From Selaginella moellendorffii (lineage: Eukaryota > Plantae > Lycopodiophyta), in contig NW_003314343.1 of the NCBI RefSeq assembly GCF_000143415.4, positions 248,813-312,812 of the forward strand: DNA of 64,000 nucleotides, read 5' to 3'. Made by a program: the position numbers and the translations under genes. The notes beneath the pieces are model-generated. The model made no database searches. It was given only the letters and a program-made list of their open reading frames with translations, and was not told the origin of the DNA. Below, in pieces: positions 61,050 to 64,000 of the stretch (its first letter is position 1; each line of letters starts with the position of its first letter).

Positions 61050-63230
61050 ACCAACTTTTTAGGGTGATTTAATAATAGTTTTCCATATTTTGTTTATTAA
61101 GAAGTTTGAAGAGTTTGATCTTGTGAACCAATTGTTAGAAACCAAGTAAGGAAGGGACTTTGTTTTTAGATGTGTATGCCCCCAAATTTTATGTCTTTGC
61201 CTTGGTCTCATTGGCATACATAATGATTTGTTTCATCAAAGGTTTAATTTCCATGGATATATAGAAGAAAGTCAAGAAAGATTTCCAACAACATTAATTA
61301 ATATTATCATTGAGGCTTAGATCTTTTTGCAAAACCATTAGTCAATAGGAAAGTTAATAGGGAAGTTAGTCCATCATATTTAGGGAAAAAGTAATTATTG
61401 CTACATTAGCTCAAATAATGGAGATGGAAATAATGTTAAGAAGTTTCAGTTAAATTAGTAAAAGAAGTATAAGGTAGAGAGCATTACCACAAAGCTAAAC
61501 ATTATAGCAAAGATTGTCCTCTTATGAAGGGGTGTGGTGTAATTTATTGTGAATATAACTCAATTGCCTACTATGATGGCTTTTCTACATCCTAAGAACA
61601 TGAAATGAATATGCAAGTGTTTTGCAATTTTTAAGGGATAACAAAAGCTAAAAAATGTAGCAATTGAAAATTTGAAAGAGTCCACTGAATGAGGAACTTA
61701 AATTATATCATAAGTGTAAATTTTTCTTGGAATAAATTGAATATCTTAAGCATTTGATTTTAATATGTTTTGTGAGAGTTGATCCCACAAAAATCTAAGT
61801 TATGGTTGATTGACTTAAACCTTCAATAACACATGATTTCTGTAATTTCCTTGGTATGGCTGAAGTTTTTTAACATTTTGTGAAGGACTTAGAAATAGCT
61901 ACTCCATTGATTGATCTTTTCAAGAACAAATTAAAATATGCTACTATTTATGATTGGGATGAGAAGTGTAAAGTGGCATTTTAGCAATTGAAAAAATAAT
62001 GTATCTCTACTTTTGTGTTAAAGATTTTTTATTTATTAAGGGATGCCTCTACAAATTTGAAGGGTGATAAATTTTCATCATTCAAGATATATTAAGGATG
62101 TATGTGTTGGTGAAGAGGCATTTCTTTTGACTTGGGATAAAGTTAGATGTTGAAAAGTATGTAAGTGGTTATTTAATCTACTAGGTGGTCAAAGTTGATC
62201 ATCAAAAGCTTATTGACATTTATCATCCTATATATATAACCAAAAATAAGTGGGATAATATCTTAATGAACTTTATCACTTATTTGCTCAAAACCTTTTG
62301 AGGAAATAATGTTATTTGGGTTTTTGTGGATCGATGACTCACTTCTTATTAGTTAAAATGATAATTAAAGCTTTTAGGCATTTATAAATTGGTTATTCAA
62401 TCCCTATAATTTGCCGGGTGACATTGATCAAGATCCTAACTTCACATCCAAGTTTTGGCAAATAGGTTTTAAGAATTTAGAAACTAAGCTGAGCATATAA
62501 GTAATGGTGAGCCTCCACAGTTAGATAGGTAGATAGAGCACTTGAATTAACTGTTAGAATATATGTTGAGATTTTCTCATGGGAAACTTGATTTGGCAAG
62601 GAGAAGTACTTACATTTGCTCTAGTTTACTCACAATAGCATTTAACAATCAACTATTAGTATATCTTAATTCATGGTAATATATGGCTTTAAGCCCAAGT
62701 CTATTGTGAGTTTAAATTTGGCTTTGGTTTATACAAAATAAGCTTAAGTTGGCAAATTCAACATGAGATAGATTTAAGAAAATGATCAACATTGTCATCA
62801 TTAGGAGTACAAAGTAGGTTTTCCTTAAGCTATCACATGTACAATAGTCTCTAAAGGAGATGGTACTGTTAAGTTGTCTCTATAGTATTATAGGCTTTGG
62901 ACAATTTTGTAATGAATGAGGAATTTAAATTTTCTAGCTAGTTTGAAGATAAATACACTTACTAACTAGTTTGAAAATTCATCCAATATTTCATTTGAGC
63001 AAGTTTAAAATGTGTTTGCACTCTGGTAATGTCATGGATTAATCCATCATCTAAGTCATAAAGATTGATGTTGAAAAGGTTGGTGTAGCTAATATTCTTG
63101 CTCAAAAGTTGTTGGTTTAGTGAAATAAATATTCTATAGACTATGTTATATAAGAAACTGAAAATGACATGGAATTTCTCAAGTTTTGGTGAGTTTTAGT
63201 CATGAGGGGAACAACAATATTTGAAGAGCC
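61050..63230 (+). mobile_element. Decayed Gypsy (chromovirus-like) pol: RT/RNaseH, integrase, GPY/F tail
   Basis: Remnants 'FLGMAE..HFVKD..IATPLIDL', 'WDEKCKVAF', 'KWDNILMNFIT', 'IWVFVDR', 'DQDPNFTSKFWQ', 'KIHPIFHLSK'. Confidence 0.78.
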
Positions 63231-63467
63231 CTTGAAAAACGTTTGGGTTACGTCATCAAACGATGGAGACTTCTACAGTTTTAAAAGCTCTCAGCGGGCT
63301 TTGTGGACACCTCGAAAGATCTCACGCTCAAGAGTGCCAGCCTCGAGAGTTTCCAGTTCTCTGGGTGCAGCGAGAACGAGAAAGTTTAGGATGATCACCG
63401 GGGGTAAAGTCTTATCCTTTTTGCTTGTCTTTTTAATAGCCGTAGTTTCCTAGGGCAGGGAAAACCT

Positions 63468-64000
63468 ATGGCGGAGGTGGACGCGACGGTGGAGTTCCTT
63501 AAAGCAGTCATGGAAATCTCAAGGACAGGCGTGAAACCTGATTGGATAGAGGTGGAGTATGGTCCTTATGGCATCCGTGGATATAAGGATTCTAGGCCTA
63601 AACGGGTTAAATCTCAAGAGGAGTTGGAAGAGATTGACAGGAAGAACAAGGAGCTGTGGGAATTGCACAGCCGTGGAAATGTATTTGGCACTATTTGCTC
63701 AAAGTGGGTTCGCTATGGGCGCTGTGGATTTGATGATTCGGATCCCTTGTGTAGCAAGGAGCATCCTCCAGAGTATCGAGGTAAATCAGGCCTCATCCTG
63801 GATAATGAATTAGCGTTCGCTCGCCAGAGAGTCCAGAATGGCCAGGTTGACAGGAGGATCTTGCCTCCGAGTGGATGTAAGTCATTGAATCATGAATGAC
63901 GATCATTCTCCCGCAAATTTGATTTTGCGCGTTGCCATTATCCAAGAGGTGAGTCTCCTTGCTCCTTGTGTGTTCTCCAACCTCTCTTTGTAGGCCGGAG
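63468..64000 (+). CDS. 5' part of an unknown protein with a CCCH-type zinc finger (continues beyond window)
   Basis: GC-normal 143-codon ORF containing 'CSKWVRYGRCGFDDSDPLCSKEH'. GTAAG donor at about 63877 and a further GTGAG donor near 63949. Confidence 0.55.

Larger units (their letters stand above)
43300..63230. mobile_element. Nest of decayed LTR retrotransposons (mostly Ty3/Gypsy)
   Basis: AT-rich region with multiple LTR families, PBS sites (about 48682, about 51073), polypurine tracts (e.g. AAAGGGGGGAGAG at 58561) and stop-riddled pol remnants. Confidence 0.85.

Overview
Eukaryotic plant nuclear DNA, most likely the lycophyte Selaginella (inferred from very compact GT-AG introns of about 50-60 nt, dense genes and the gene families present). 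1-20.5 kb is gene-dense: an auxilin-like J-domain gene, a Bet v1/PR-10 gene, an FAD monooxygenase, a U2 snRNA, a KAC/KCA kinesin-14, DRP1 dynamin and a PLS-type PPR gene. 20.5-36.6 kb is an accessory, rearranged block. It holds decayed hAT, Gypsy and possibly MULE relics around one intact 5-exon, about 800-aa gene with a coiled-coil header, a P-loop NTPase and a PD-(D/E)xK-like nuclease (Crinkler/RHS-type architecture). Around that gene are three broken copies in alternating orientation, micro-inversions, a palindrome cluster and captured gene fragments. 36.6-42 kb is a second gene island: U6 snRNA, CASP-like, fasciclin AGP, Sds22-like LRR and a Tim17-family gene. 43-63.2 kb is an AT-rich nest of decayed LTR retroelements, including several roughly 195-bp LTRs that carry a 55-nt 5S-rRNA internal-promoter segment (Cassandra-like). 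The window ends in the first exon of a CCCH-type zinc-finger gene.
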